Shown: positions 28,787 through 39,522 of the stretch, piece by piece | How the letters are laid out: each line of letters begins with the position of its first letter | Numbering within the stretch: the stretch's first letter is position 1 | From: a bacterium | GTDB taxonomy: Bacteria; UBA8248 | Assembly: GCA_965202625.1 (NCBI GenBank) | Contig: CBDBBI010000010.1 | Span: forward strand, 736,001 to 800,000 | DNA: 64,000 bases | Reading direction: 5' to 3' | Made by a program: the position numbers and the translations under genes | Notes under the pieces: model-generated | Told to the model about the DNA's origin: nothing | Database searches by the model: none | What the model saw: the letters and a program-made list of their open reading frames with translations, nothing else

Positions 28787-31700
28787 TTGGTGAGCTTATC
28801 GAAATAGTCTTCAATTTCGCCCCGCATCGCGCTCGGCAGGCCGTCTTTCATCGCTTCCATGATCTCTTCCCTGAACTTGGCCGGCACCTTGTATTGCTCC
28901 CTGTCGGGTATCAGCACCTCGCTGAACTGGGTGCCGAGGGAACCGTCCTCCTTTCGGCTTCTCCGCTCAGAACCCCGCTGTTGGGGAAAATTTGGATTTC
29001 TCGACCACCAAGGCCGACCCCCGCCCATACCCGGACGAAAGGCGCCGAACCCCCTTGGCGTCCCCAGTCCCACGCTACCCCGCTGGGCCATCTGCTGCAT
29101 GGCTTGCTGCATGGAGTTCTGCCCCTGGGTGAGTTTGCGTATCGCCTCTTCCTCTGGGAGAACCGCGTGGGATGGACTCCGCTTCTCTAAGAATGCGGCG
29201 GCTTGTTCCATCGCCTTGCCCGCTTCCGCGATTCTCCTCAAGATACTGGGGTTGATGAACGGATAAATCTGCATCATCTGACGCAACTGCCGCTCAAAAG
29301 CCGACAATCGCTTGTGCAGGGACTCTTGTCTGAAGCGCAAGCCGTCCAGTTTGGCGATTTCCGCACCGCCCGAATGTTTTTCGGATTGCTTCAAAAGTCG
29401 CTCCAGATTCTCGGCTACCTTCGACCAGGGCGCGACCCCGGCTCCTTCCTCACCCCTCGCCGCCTCTCGCGCCCCCCCCCTTTTCTTCGTTCCACGGGCA
29501 GAATCAACGCAGGGCGATTCCGAAAGCGTTGCCCTCCATTCCGGCAACCTTTGGAAAATGATCCCCCATTCCCCCCTTTTCAGCAGAGCGTCAAGTTCGG
29601 ATAGCGTCCGCATCCTCTCACGTTGCATTTTCTCGGTGCGCATTTGAGGAGGTGGTTCTGGCTGTTCCACACTAGGCCGCGACGCTCCTTGCACGGGAGT
29701 GGCGGATTCAGCCCTTCCCACAGGTTCGGCTCTCGACAAACAATCGGATTTAAGCGGCTTTTTCTGCATCTCGTCGCTTTTGCTCCAAGCCGATCTGGCG
29801 ATTCCCGCCACGACGGCCACCTCCTGCGGCCATTTCTCCTTGAGCCGATCCACAACATTTTCGAAAACTCCCACCGTCTCACCTAGTATAGCTTGCTGCT
29901 CCTCCACGATGGAGGCCAGCTCGCTTTGTCGACGCCGGATGGGGCTGCCACCGCGCTGGCTCATCATCTGCTGGCGCTGGATGCCTCGCAACGCTAGACG
30001 CATTCTCTGCAATTGACTCATCAAACGTCTGAGCTGCTCCAACGCGCCTTCAAAATTGTTCTCGCGCATCATCTGGCGCACCTGCTCCAGGGAGCGCATC
30101 ATGTTGCGCATAGGCATCTCCCGCATACTGCGCTGGTTCATGAACTCGGCGGGCATCCGCTGGGCTAATGAAGCCATCTGCCGCATCAGCTTCCTCAACT
30201 CTTCTCTCAGTTTTTGCAGCTCCTTCTCCACGCGCCCGATCGCCTCTTTGTCCGCGCCCAACTTCCGCATCTTCTCCAAAGCGCGCTCAATAGCCCTTTG
30301 TCTCTGGATCATCGACTCCGCCGCGCGGCCCGCCCTGTCCACCCGAACGTTGCGTTGAATCTCCTCACCCATCGTGGCGAGGCGTTCGAGGGTTTCCGTC
30401 GCCTCCTCTTGTCGAGCGGCCATCTCGCGCGTCAACCTCTCTTTTTCCTCTTTTGCGTCTCCACTCAATTTCGATAGTCTCGTCAGCGGTTTCAGGTATC
30501 GCGAAATCGCGTCTTTCAGTTGTCGCTCCAGGGTGGATAAATCCATATCCGCCAGCGTTTCTCGCGGATTCTTGGGTTTGAGCTTCATCCGAGCCAGTTT
30601 AATTCGCTCCAAAATTTCGTTCGCTTTCTCCTCGACCGCTCCGTCTCCCCTGGTGGTTTTCGCGGACTCCGCCCCCACTTCTCGCTTGCCTTGAGGCGGA
30701 AGATCCATTTCCAGGTAATCACCCAACAAATCCAGGAGATCGTCCGAGATTTTGCCCATCGCCTTATCCAGCCCAGCCATCACGGCTTCTCTATCGCGGA
30801 TTCTCAGCCGGTACGTTTTACTGGCACCCATTTTGGGGCCGCTCACCGTATCCACATCATGAGCGATGAAACGATAAGAGAGGACGCTCCCTAGTCGGAC
30901 ACCCATGGCCCTAAGATCAAATTCATAGCGCCCATCGGCCCTTTGTTGGGGTGTTTCACCGCCCCACACCTTGATTCTCTTGGCGCGTCTCCCCCCAAGT
31001 CCGATTTCGAGATAAACGTTTCTCAGACCGAAATCATCGGACGCTCGCCACACCACGGCCACTTGCGCATCCACTTCTACCGCGAGGTCCTTGGCTGGTT
31101 GCGTCACCATCACCTGGGGGTGGACATCCGGGATGATGTCAATTCGATAACGCCGGGGTACCAGACTGGAAAATCCATGTGCATCTTTCAAACGAACCTG
31201 ATAAGAACCCGCGCCGCCCAAGATGATCTTTCCGCTCAACAAATTGCCCTCAGCAGGCTTCAGCGGCAATCGCCAACCATCGGCTAGGGAGATGAGCGCC
31301 TCCTGGACAGGCTTGTTCGTTTTTACCGCCAAACGAATTTCCGAACCCATGTAGGCTCGAATATGCCCCCCATTTTTGCCCGGAGCGGGTTTGAGTTTCG
31401 TATGCTCCGGGGGGTATTGAACCACCTCGATCGATTCCACCCTGGGCGGCGTAGCCACATGAATATCGATCGTCCGGGAGCGAAACCGTCCAGCGCGCGC
31501 CGTTACGCGCGCATCTGCTCTGACTCCTGACCAACGCCCGCGAAAATGGCGAGCGGTTATTTTTTCCATGCCGATCACTCCGGTGGACGCGGAACCCTGG
31601 CGGATTTCCAATTCCACTGCATCCGTCTCTCGTCCCATGGTACTCACGTCAAACGTGATGGGCATTCCGGGCAGAACCGTCGTGCGGCTCGCCTGAACCG

Positions 31701-32295
31701 TCAAATGCGTGATGCGAGAGGGCGTGAGATCCCCCGCATTCGCCAAAAGATAGCCCGCGCGCGGATATAGCCCCGGCCAGATCAAAGCCATGAGAACCAC
31801 GGCGACAGCCAATGCACCGGCGATCCGCCTAAGGTTTTGCAAACCGACGCGAGAGACATACGCATCCGGCGGAAGCGCCTCCACCTCTCGACTGGTGTCA
31901 TTCACCAAGGCGTCGATGAGCGCCGGCGAAGTGGGATCGTCATCGCCGAGATCGCCTTTGCACGGAAAAAGCTGGAGCGAACTGATGAGGTTGCTGCCCA
32001 GCTCAGGATGGCTCTTCTCAATGTCGAGCGCGATGCTCTGCCGCTTCGGGCGGCGGGTCATCAGCCACCAGGAACGAACGAGCGTCGCGCCCAACAAAAC
32101 AATGGTCAGTGCAAAGTAGGCAAGGGCAGAATAGCCAAAATGAGGTTGCGAGAGAACCGCCGCTGGAGCGAGCAGCAACACAGACAACAACCCTAAGCCG
32201 AGTATCACTCCCGCTTCCAAGCGCTTGACCCTGAGGCGAGCGTGAATAACAGAATCCAAAAATTCGTTTATCTTACGGAAAGATTGCTCGGCCAT
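28783..32295 (-). CDS. DUF4175-like large membrane-anchored coiled-coil protein
   Basis: Three N-terminal TMs, Ig-like region (YPPEHT, ASDDFGL), long Q/M/E/R coiled coil, C-terminal IEDYFDKL. Confidence 0.8.
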   Translation of the reverse strand: MAEQSFRKINEFLDSVIHARLRVKRLEAGVILGLGLLSVLLLAPAAVLSQPHFGYSALAYFALTIVLLGATLVRSWWLMTRRPKRQSIALDIEKSHPELGSNLISSLQLFPCKGDLGDDDPTSPALIDALVNDTSREVEALPPDAYVSRVGLQNLRRIAGALAVAVVLMALIWPGLYPRAGYLLANAGDLTPSRITHLTVQASRTTVLPGMPITFDVSTMGRETDAVELEIRQGSASTGVIGMEKITARHFRGRWSGVRADARVTARAGRFRSRTIDIHVATPPRVESIEVVQYPPEHTKLKPAPGKNGGHIRAYMGSEIRLAVKTNKPVQEALISLADGWRLPLKPAEGNLLSGKIILGGAGSYQVRLKDAHGFSSLVPRRYRIDIIPDVHPQVMVTQPAKDLAVEVDAQVAVVWRASDDFGLRNVYLEIGLGGRRAKRIKVWGGETPQQRADGRYEFDLRAMGVRLGSVLSYRFIAHDVDTVSGPKMGASKTYRLRIRDREAVMAGLDKAMGKISDDLLDLLGDYLEMDLPPQGKREVGAESAKTTRGDGAVEEKANEILERIKLARMKLKPKNPRETLADMDLSTLERQLKDAISRYLKPLTRLSKLSGDAKEEKERLTREMAARQEEATETLERLATMGEEIQRNVRVDRAGRAAESMIQRQRAIERALEKMRKLGADKEAIGRVEKELQKLREELRKLMRQMASLAQRMPAEFMNQRSMREMPMRNMMRSLEQVRQMMRENNFEGALEQLRRLMSQLQRMRLALRGIQRQQMMSQRGGSPIRRRQSELASIVEEQQAILGETVGVFENVVDRLKEKWPQEVAVVAGIARSAWSKSDEMQKKPLKSDCLSRAEPVGRAESATPVQGASRPSVEQPEPPPQMRTEKMQRERMRTLSELDALLKRGEWGIIFQRLPEWRATLSESPCVDSARGTKKRGGAREAARGEEGAGVAPWSKVAENLERLLKQSEKHSGGAEIAKLDGLRFRQESLHKRLSAFERQLRQMMQIYPFINPSILRRIAEAGKAMEQAAAFLEKRSPSHAVLPEEEAIRKLTQGQNSMQQAMQQMAQRGSVGLGTPRGFGAFRPGMGGGRPWWSRNPNFPQQRGSERRSRKEDGSLGTQFSEVLIPDREQYKVPAKFREEIMEAMKDGLPSAMRGEIEDYFDKLTK

Positions 32296-32389
32296 CTCTC
32301 TATTCCCTCACGGGTGAATCCACTCCACCGAGTTGCGCATTTTACTACCATTTACGTTCGCGTGTGGTATTCAGGAGACATCAAACGTC

Positions 32390-34735
32390 CTACGCCAGCC
32401 CCCAAAGTCGTCTGATCGTCCACTCTACGCCTGGCAGCAAAATGAGAATCGCTCCGATCCAGGGAACGCTCCAGAGTCTCACGTCCCGCACCTCCATCAC
32501 CCGATGCGGCACCTTCCCCTTTAGTGCCTCCAGAACGCGGGCGGTCAAATCCTCGCTTCCCACTGTGCTTGCTGGAAAAAACAACCCTCCCGTGTGCTTC
32601 GCTAGGGTTTTCAGTGTCTCCCAACGCGGGCTGACATCAGCCCACTCTGCCCTGCCCGCCTCACGGCCGATGCTAATTGTCCTGGACGCTTCGCCGATAA
32701 CCTGTCCGCCTTGGGAGGCCGTCATTTTCGCTCGATAACCCCCATTCCCCCGAGGATGGAAGCGAACCTCGAATTCCCGGGAATCGGGGCGATACATCGC
32801 ACGATAGCGCTTGACGACTCCATAGGGATCGCGCAACTGAACTTGTACTCGCGCAGCCTGGGCAGGCTGGTAGGACTCGTCTCTCACCTGCATACGAAGA
32901 ACATACATTCCGTCCTTGGTTTGTTCCGCCTCAGGAAGAATTTGGGCCTGCGAACTACTCGGGTCCCCTGAGAGCCATCGGACCATTTGCGCGACGAAGC
33001 GAATATAAGGACGATTTGTCCTCTCCGCAGCCACCATTCCGAAATTCCACCGCCAGGTATCATCTGAGAAGATGGACACCACCCTACCTCTCCCCACCCG
33101 CTTCGCCGCGATGAGCGGAACGCCGTCCTCTTTCGTCGTCACAAGAATTTGCCCCTTCCCAAATGGCGTCGTAGCGTTCAGGCGCCGCAAAGGCGGGAAA
33201 GACATCCAGAGCCTTTTGTTTTCCTCCAGATCAGCGGAGAGTTGCGTGATGGGGTGCCTGCCGCCTGCCGGAGTCAGCCGAAAGCGCAGACTCCTCTCGT
33301 CTTGATAATCATTCGTCTCTCGCAAACGGACGGGGAGAAGGTTTTCGATGGGGCTGCGATAATAACCGCCCGCGCTATAGGATTGCCCGCCGCCAAACAT
33401 GAGCAGCCCTCCCCCTTTGCGAACGTATTCCTCCACGCGCTCTAAGTAATAGTTGCTAAAATATTCCTGGGTAGAAAAATTATCAAAAACCACGATTTCA
33501 AAATTCTTCAGCTCCTCCAGAAACAACTTGTCCACCGGAAATGGCACGAGGCTCAGGTGTCGAGTCGAGACTCCCGGGTCGTCCTCTGAGGTTCTCAAAA
33601 AGACGAACGACACGAGATCGATGGCGGGGTCTCGCTTCAGTGCCATACGGAAAAAACGATAATTCCATGCAGGAGAACCAGTGATTGTCAAAACTCGGAT
33701 TTTGTCTCGTCGAACTTCCAGAGGAATTTCAACGCGATTGTTCGACTCCACTATTTCGCCGCGTTGAACAGGCGTCATCACGCCCAATACCTGGCTCCCC
33801 ACTTCATTCGGCGCAAATCGGAACTTGACGAGACGGCACAATGGACTGCGCCTGACATCTATCGTCTGGGTTCTGATGATGCGACCTTCGCGCGTCAAGG
33901 CGACCGGCAGTTTACGACCCCGGAACCCTCGCACGGACAAAAGGACTTCCAGGTGCGCCTCCTTTCCCTGGAAGGCGATGCGCGGGGCCTGAACGTCTTG
34001 AATGGCAATGTCCCGAAAAGAATCAGGCACTCCAAAACCCACTCCGATGAGGGGCGGAAAGGATTTCACATCCATGGGCGGCAAAATCGTCTCGGTGGTA
34101 TCGCCTCCATCGGAGAGCATCAAAATACCCAGAGGACCATCTCGGGTTTTGGGCACCGCCTCGTCCGCGTGAGCAGAGCGCGCGTCCCGAATGCTCGTCA
34201 AAGCACTCCGGATGGCGCCAAGCGGATCGCTGCCCGATCCTTCAGCTTGAAGGTTTTTCATCTCCTCCAGTCCAATGGGGGTTCTACGCGCATCATAGCG
34301 AGCAAGTTGGACGTCATAGAGGGCTCTCAAGCGCGCGAGCAACGTGGTGGGCGGCTCCCCTTTTGCCCCCTCTCCTGGAGACTGCGATTTTCCGGCGTCC
34401 TTCGGGGCGAGTAGAAAATCCTTGGCCAAATGGATGCGTGCTTTCTTCTCGCTCTCATCCTGAATGCTCATGCTCGCCGAGCTGTCGATGAGAACGAGTA
34501 GCTTCGGCGGCAAGGAACGCTCGCGCTTGTCGATCAGCGTGGGACCAGAGAGAAAAAAAACGAGCGCAACATACAAAGCACCCCTGATCCCCTGAAGTAA
34601 ATAAACACGCCTTGGCGGAAGTTTCTGCATCAAGTCGCCATGCCGGCGAATCAACGTCCAGCCCAGCCCGGCAACAGTAAGGATAAGCAGCCACCAAGGA
34701 GCACCGCCTGGCCAATGGAGGGTAGCCCAGTCCAT
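32390..34735 (-). CDS. vWA plus glutamine-amidotransferase-like membrane protein
   Basis: DSSASM, LSDG, PFP..LF, GGGLLMFGG.SY..GGY, WRW, C-terminal EW..RR.WGL. Confidence 0.85.
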   Translation of the reverse strand: MDWATLHWPGGAPWWLLILTVAGLGWTLIRRHGDLMQKLPPRRVYLLQGIRGALYVALVFFLSGPTLIDKRERSLPPKLLVLIDSSASMSIQDESEKKARIHLAKDFLLAPKDAGKSQSPGEGAKGEPPTTLLARLRALYDVQLARYDARRTPIGLEEMKNLQAEGSGSDPLGAIRSALTSIRDARSAHADEAVPKTRDGPLGILMLSDGGDTTETILPPMDVKSFPPLIGVGFGVPDSFRDIAIQDVQAPRIAFQGKEAHLEVLLSVRGFRGRKLPVALTREGRIIRTQTIDVRRSPLCRLVKFRFAPNEVGSQVLGVMTPVQRGEIVESNNRVEIPLEVRRDKIRVLTITGSPAWNYRFFRMALKRDPAIDLVSFVFLRTSEDDPGVSTRHLSLVPFPVDKLFLEELKNFEIVVFDNFSTQEYFSNYYLERVEEYVRKGGGLLMFGGGQSYSAGGYYRSPIENLLPVRLRETNDYQDERSLRFRLTPAGGRHPITQLSADLEENKRLWMSFPPLRRLNATTPFGKGQILVTTKEDGVPLIAAKRVGRGRVVSIFSDDTWRWNFGMVAAERTNRPYIRFVAQMVRWLSGDPSSSQAQILPEAEQTKDGMYVLRMQVRDESYQPAQAARVQVQLRDPYGVVKRYRAMYRPDSREFEVRFHPRGNGGYRAKMTASQGGQVIGEASRTISIGREAGRAEWADVSPRWETLKTLAKHTGGLFFPASTVGSEDLTARVLEALKGKVPHRVMEVRDVRLWSVPWIGAILILLPGVEWTIRRLWGLA

Positions 34736-34739
34736 GGTT

Positions 34740-35567
34740 TTACCCCTGATTCAATCTGCGCTGAATGAAGGGATGGTGGATGAGGTCCTGCTTGTAGTTT
34801 CCCGTCATCGCATAAAGAGCAACGTTCACGGCCATTTGAAACGCCGCGCGCCTCTGGGCCTCGCCACCCGGAACGCATTCCTCAAGCCACTCGCCAGCAG
34901 GCCCACGAGCCCATGCGCCGCCCAGATCGTTTCGACAAAAAATGACGGGCGTGAATATACCGACATGAATGCCCAGCAAATCCTGGCTGATGGCCTGACG
35001 TCCTCCCACGGTGCGAATCAGGTAATAGCTTCGAAAAACGGCATGCTCGCGAGGCAGAGACTCCAAAGAGCGCTTAGGAAAAACCAGGCGCATGAGCCTT
35101 TTGACGGCCCCGCCAAATGCCTCGCGCTCAAGCCCCAGCCCATCGTCAACGAGCAAGAAACCCCCGTAGGTCAAATGGCGTCTTAAACTCCGAATCGTCC
35201 CCTCATCAGGCATTTCGAATTCGTATCGCCCCGACATATACAAAAAAGGATGCTCAAAAATTTCAGGCGAAGAAATTGGCACGGGCTTTGCCTCGTGAGC
35301 GGCTTCAATGCTCGTGCGCTTTTTCAGCTCATTCAAAAAAGAAGCCATGGCCGTGGGATACTCTTGCCACCGTCCCCCAGAGTAGCGCAGTTGCGCCGGC
35401 GTGAAATTCGGAAGAAACCGCTTTTCTTCCCCAGAATCCGAAAAAAAGCGATCGCCCCTGAATTGCGCTTTCGCCCATTCGGCGGAGCCCAACAGAGCAG
35501 CGGCGGCCATCGCAGAGCGAGTGATGAACTCACGTCTGCCGAAAGATGGCTTACGGAACATTGACAT
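34740..35567 (-). CDS. DUF4159 protein with a twin-arginine signal
   Basis: GRREFI Tat-like motif, PFLYMSG, GGFLLVDD, NDLGGAW, VN..LYAMTGNYKQD. Confidence 0.85.
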   Translation of the reverse strand: MSMFRKPSFGRREFITRSAMAAAALLGSAEWAKAQFRGDRFFSDSGEEKRFLPNFTPAQLRYSGGRWQEYPTAMASFLNELKKRTSIEAAHEAKPVPISSPEIFEHPFLYMSGRYEFEMPDEGTIRSLRRHLTYGGFLLVDDGLGLEREAFGGAVKRLMRLVFPKRSLESLPREHAVFRSYYLIRTVGGRQAISQDLLGIHVGIFTPVIFCRNDLGGAWARGPAGEWLEECVPGGEAQRRAAFQMAVNVALYAMTGNYKQDLIHHPFIQRRLNQG

Positions 35568-36249
35568 TCGGTAACACCACGTAGGTAGTGGGCGGGGGCA
35601 GTCTTCCGCGCATCAGCACCAATTCCGCTTTATTCGGACGAACGACCTTGATTATTCCCTCCGCCCTTAGCGCTTGCGCAAACTCGCCGGACAGTTCGGG
35701 ACCAAAGTAGTGCATCGGTATCACAATGTTGGGGCCGATGCGTTTGACGATTTTGGCCGCCACCTCATGGGGCACCGTAAACGAACCATCAATCGGCAGG
35801 AGAAGAACGTGAATCTTGCCCAACGCGCGAATCTGCCCGGGCGAGGGACCAAAACGCGCGTTTCCAAAGTGCGCGACGCAAAGGCCGCCCGCCTGAAAAA
35901 CATAAATAGTGTTGAGAACAATGGGGAATTTGTCGTTCCCGCCCACTTGGGGGAAAGACGCGATTCGCAGTTTTCCAAACGTCTTGTCAATGGGATTAGC
36001 CTTACCCTCTCCCGTCACACCGAAAAAAATATCCGACTTCCCCTCGTAGGGGCCGGTGACAGAGTGCGTTTCGTGAAAATTGCTCACGGTGACCGCCTCG
36101 GGCAGCGGGTTCAAAACAGGCTCGACGTAAGGATCCATCACGGCGCGCTCGCCGCCGGGCGCGCTGATCAAAAAACTCGAATGCCCCAAATATCTTAAGC
36201 GGATCCCTCTTTGCTCTTGCAAACCCTTCCATTGTCTTCGCATCGCCAC
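35551..36249 (-). CDS. Metallo-beta-lactamase fold hydrolase (true start probably further upstream)
   Basis: YLGHSSF, DPY, VSNFHETH, HFGN, IPMHY. Confidence 0.85.
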   Translation of the reverse strand: MAMRRQWKGLQEQRGIRLRYLGHSSFLISAPGGERAVMDPYVEPVLNPLPEAVTVSNFHETHSVTGPYEGKSDIFFGVTGEGKANPIDKTFGKLRIASFPQVGGNDKFPIVLNTIYVFQAGGLCVAHFGNARFGPSPGQIRALGKIHVLLLPIDGSFTVPHEVAAKIVKRIGPNIVIPMHYFGPELSGEFAQALRAEGIIKVVRPNKAELVLMRGRLPPPTTYVVLPNVNVP

Positions 36250-36559
36250 GGGGATAAAGCGTCCATCCCCGCGAACAATTCCGGGCTTGCAGATGCCGTC
36301 GGCCGCCCACAGAAGGTGTGATGAATAGTAAAAAAACAGAAAGGAAAAAAAACCAGCGAGACGGCTCTTCTCGCTAGCAAGCGCACTCTCCGACGCGGGG
36401 CGGACACGCGCCTCTCAAGAATAGAGTTCAATATCGCATTCCTCATGGCGGCACCATGAACGAATAGGAAGAGATTCTACCTTATTTTTCAGCCCTGTAA
36501 ACAACCTCGCTTCCACCCCAGAGAGCGACGACGCCCACCATCACTCATCTCTCACCCGT

Positions 36560-37090
36560 TCAATGTCTCACCTCCCAGGGTTTGGAGCCATGAAAAATCC
36601 ACATCGCCCCAAAAAGAAGACACGCCTTCAGCACATCCGTGATGAGATAGGCGCCGTGATAGCGCCCAAACGCGCTTTTCACAGCGGGTGCGACTCCGGA
36701 AGCCTCAGTACTCGCTAGAGCTTTTCCAAGCGCCTCTATTTTGGGCGAAAACCAAAAGACGTGCATGCACACGATGAGCAGCAGGCAACCACCTAAGAGA
36801 ACAGACACGCTGCGCATCCGCCCTGTTCGTCGAACGAGAAGAAGCAAGAAAACGCCAAAAATGAGTTGCAGACGGTTCCAGGTCCGAAAAATTCGGCTGT
36901 TCACCTCTCTGGCGGCCAGACGGCCCTTTTGCTTCGTCGCCGAGGAGGACGCGAAGAGTTTCGACACCGCTGGATTCTTCTCCGCATTGAGCGCCTGGAA
37001 TGAATTCGCCGCGACCCACCAGACTCCCAGCGTGAGAGCAAACCACGATACGAGGAGGCCAAAGTGAAAAGAGCGAATCAAGGCACCCAA
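36560..37090 (-). CDS. DUF4149-like four-helix membrane protein
   Basis: Four TM segments, FGRYHG motif. Confidence 0.65.
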   Translation of the reverse strand: MGALIRSFHFGLLVSWFALTLGVWWVAANSFQALNAEKNPAVSKLFASSSATKQKGRLAAREVNSRIFRTWNRLQLIFGVFLLLLVRRTGRMRSVSVLLGGCLLLIVCMHVFWFSPKIEALGKALASTEASGVAPAVKSAFGRYHGAYLITDVLKACLLFGAMWIFHGSKPWEVRH

Positions 37091-37395
37091 ACAGTACTCC
37101 TATAGTGAGAAAGCGACACTATCCGGTAAAGATCGCAATTTACTCGACTGACATCATGTATCACAACCCATCCTTACAGGAACACCACGATAGGGTGGAA
37201 AGCGCGCGTTCTGGCCGAGAACCGAGCATTGACTCCGCCCTCCCCCCTCAAATCAACCACGCAGAAAACATCACTAGACACTGCTCGCCGCAAATGATTT
37301 AGTATTATTTTCTCTTACATCTTGGATTCATGGGGGTCTTTCCTAACCCCGCTCATACAAAGTTCCTCACTGTCCCTCTCGCATGATGCCGCCAT

Positions 37396-38301
37396 TTATG
37401 TGAAAGTAGTGATCAGGAACCCGCCTAAAACCACAAGTCCGGCCGCGCCGAACAAACGCGCATTGATGTGCTCGATATCGTCCAAGAAGATGAAACTCAA
37501 CGCCACCACCCATATCGGAGCGGTCCGGCTGAGAGGCAACACGATGGTAACGCTGGATAACGTGAGAGCATACCACAAAAGTGCCGTGGCGGTGGAGGAA
37601 AAGACGGCACCTACTACAAACCAAAAAACGCCGCGTCTGTCTGCCCGGATTTTCCCGCTGGGACCGAGAAACGGCTTCGCACCCAAGAGGAGAAAACAAC
37701 CTGCCATAAACGCGAAACCAACTGCCGCGAACGGGGTATTCTGCTCGGTCAAGCCTATTTTCGCCACTACTGGCATCGCCGCATACATAAACGAGGCAAT
37801 GATGGGAAAAATCAAAGCGCGCCTGAATTCGCGTCCCATCCCGCCCTGGGCAACAGCCTTGCCCTCACCCAATGAGATCAAGCCCACGCCACCAACAATC
37901 GAAACCGTTCCGAGAAGAACCGCCGGGCCAGGTCTTTCCCCCAAGAACAGTGCGGCAAAAAAGATAGCCCATATCGGGGCCGATGCCTGGATGGGACTCG
38001 TCCTGCTCACGCCGATACGCTGAATCGAGGTATAGGAAGCGAGATGTCCCATTCCCTGTCCGAAGCAACCCGCCAGCATGAACCAGAGAACCGGCCTAAG
38101 CGATGAGGTTTGGAGCGTCCCTAGGTAGAAGGCCAACCCGAGGAGAAAAAAGCTCGCCACGGCGTTCGTGATCAACACCCCACAGAGAGGCGACGTGCTT
38201 CTCAACCCACGGCGAAACGAGATGAGTGCCACTGAGTAGATGAACGACGATGTCAAGGCGACGAGTTCACCAGACGAGAAGAATGCGGATTGTTCGCTCA
38301 T
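37396..38301 (-). CDS. DMT/EamA family transporter
   Basis: About 10 TMs, IGVSR..PI, FLGERP. Confidence 0.9.
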   Translation of the reverse strand: MSEQSAFFSSGELVALTSSFIYSVALISFRRGLRSTSPLCGVLITNAVASFFLLGLAFYLGTLQTSSLRPVLWFMLAGCFGQGMGHLASYTSIQRIGVSRTSPIQASAPIWAIFFAALFLGERPGPAVLLGTVSIVGGVGLISLGEGKAVAQGGMGREFRRALIFPIIASFMYAAMPVVAKIGLTEQNTPFAAVGFAFMAGCFLLLGAKPFLGPSGKIRADRRGVFWFVVGAVFSSTATALLWYALTLSSVTIVLPLSRTAPIWVVALSFIFLDDIEHINARLFGAAGLVVLGGFLITTFT

Positions 38302-38356
38302 GCGCGCGACTATACACGCGCAGAAGACACCTTTCGAGAAAGAACAGGCGTTTTTC

Positions 38357-39253
38357 CTAGAAAACGGTGATCAGCACGCCACCACACACAACCATCAACG
38401 CGGCCATAACAATGCGGGAGTTGATGCGCTCCAGGTTCCTCAGGAAAAGATAGGTCCACAAGATCACCCACAATGGAACGAGTCTGCTCAAGGGCAATAC
38501 CGTAGATACGGGAGCAATGCTCATAGCCGTCCAGAACATAGCGGCCGCCGCTGTCGTTGTGAGTGCGGCGAACAAAAACCATCGAATCGCTCTTGCGTCC
38601 GCTTGGAGTTTTCCCCCGCCGGGAAGAAAGGGGCGCGTGATCAGCAAAAGCGCGGTTCCGGCCGAAAAAGCGCAAGCGAATCCCATAATCGGGGTTTTTT
38701 GGTAAGAAAATGCGTAGTTGGCCAAAACGGGCAACAGTCCATAAGAAACAGCCGAGGCAAGCGGGTAAATAAGCGCGCCTTGAAAAAAACTCTTTAAGCT
38801 TTGCTCGCCCCGCCGCTCCATCAGGGACAAAAGACAAACGCCGGCCACTATGAGGAGCGTCCCCATTCCCACCGCGGCGCCTGGCCGCTCGCCCAGAAAA
38901 ATCATGGCGAAAGTGACGGAGAAGATAGGAGTGGACGATTGTATCGGAACCGAACGACTCACTCCCATTTTTTCAATGCCAATGGCGTTCGTAATTTGCC
39001 CGATGCCCTGCCCGAGACATCCGCCCAAGACGTATAACAATATAGGAGCAAGCGTGGATTTCTGGAGCGTCCCGAGAGATGCCGCGATGATGAGCCCTAA
39101 AATGGAGACCATCGAGTTGAGAATCAGAACGCCGGCAATCGGAGTCGCGCTGCGCACCCCCTGGCGGATTGCGATGAGGGATATCGAATACGTCAAGGAG
39201 GTGGCGATCGCCAACGTCTCACCCAGACCAGTTTGAGAGAAAAAAACGGGCAT
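38357..39253 (-). CDS. DMT/EamA family transporter (paralog of the neighbouring gene)
   Basis: About 10 TMs, MGVSRSVPI, FLGERPG, VLPLSR. Confidence 0.9.
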   Translation of the reverse strand: MPVFFSQTGLGETLAIATSLTYSISLIAIRQGVRSATPIAGVLILNSMVSILGLIIAASLGTLQKSTLAPILLYVLGGCLGQGIGQITNAIGIEKMGVSRSVPIQSSTPIFSVTFAMIFLGERPGAAVGMGTLLIVAGVCLLSLMERRGEQSLKSFFQGALIYPLASAVSYGLLPVLANYAFSYQKTPIMGFACAFSAGTALLLITRPFLPGGGKLQADARAIRWFLFAALTTTAAAAMFWTAMSIAPVSTVLPLSRLVPLWVILWTYLFLRNLERINSRIVMAALMVVCGGVLITVF

Positions 39254-39522
39254 GTAAAATTCATTGCTCCTATCAGAGGCCTTTTGGTTCTCACCGTCAG
39301 ACGAGCCAACAGGGGTTTAGCGACGAAGATGAAAGACGTCGTCAACACAAGAATTCGGGACGCCTGCGTGATGGGACCGGCACTCGCATTTGGCAGACTA
39401 TAACACCGCAAGTCTTAGCGAGGCGAGGAGTTGAGGCACATCATCTGGCCAAGCTCCCACCAAAAGGATAGAATGGGATAATTCAATGTTTTGATTTTCA
39501 TTCATGACCCAAGAGGCGAAAA

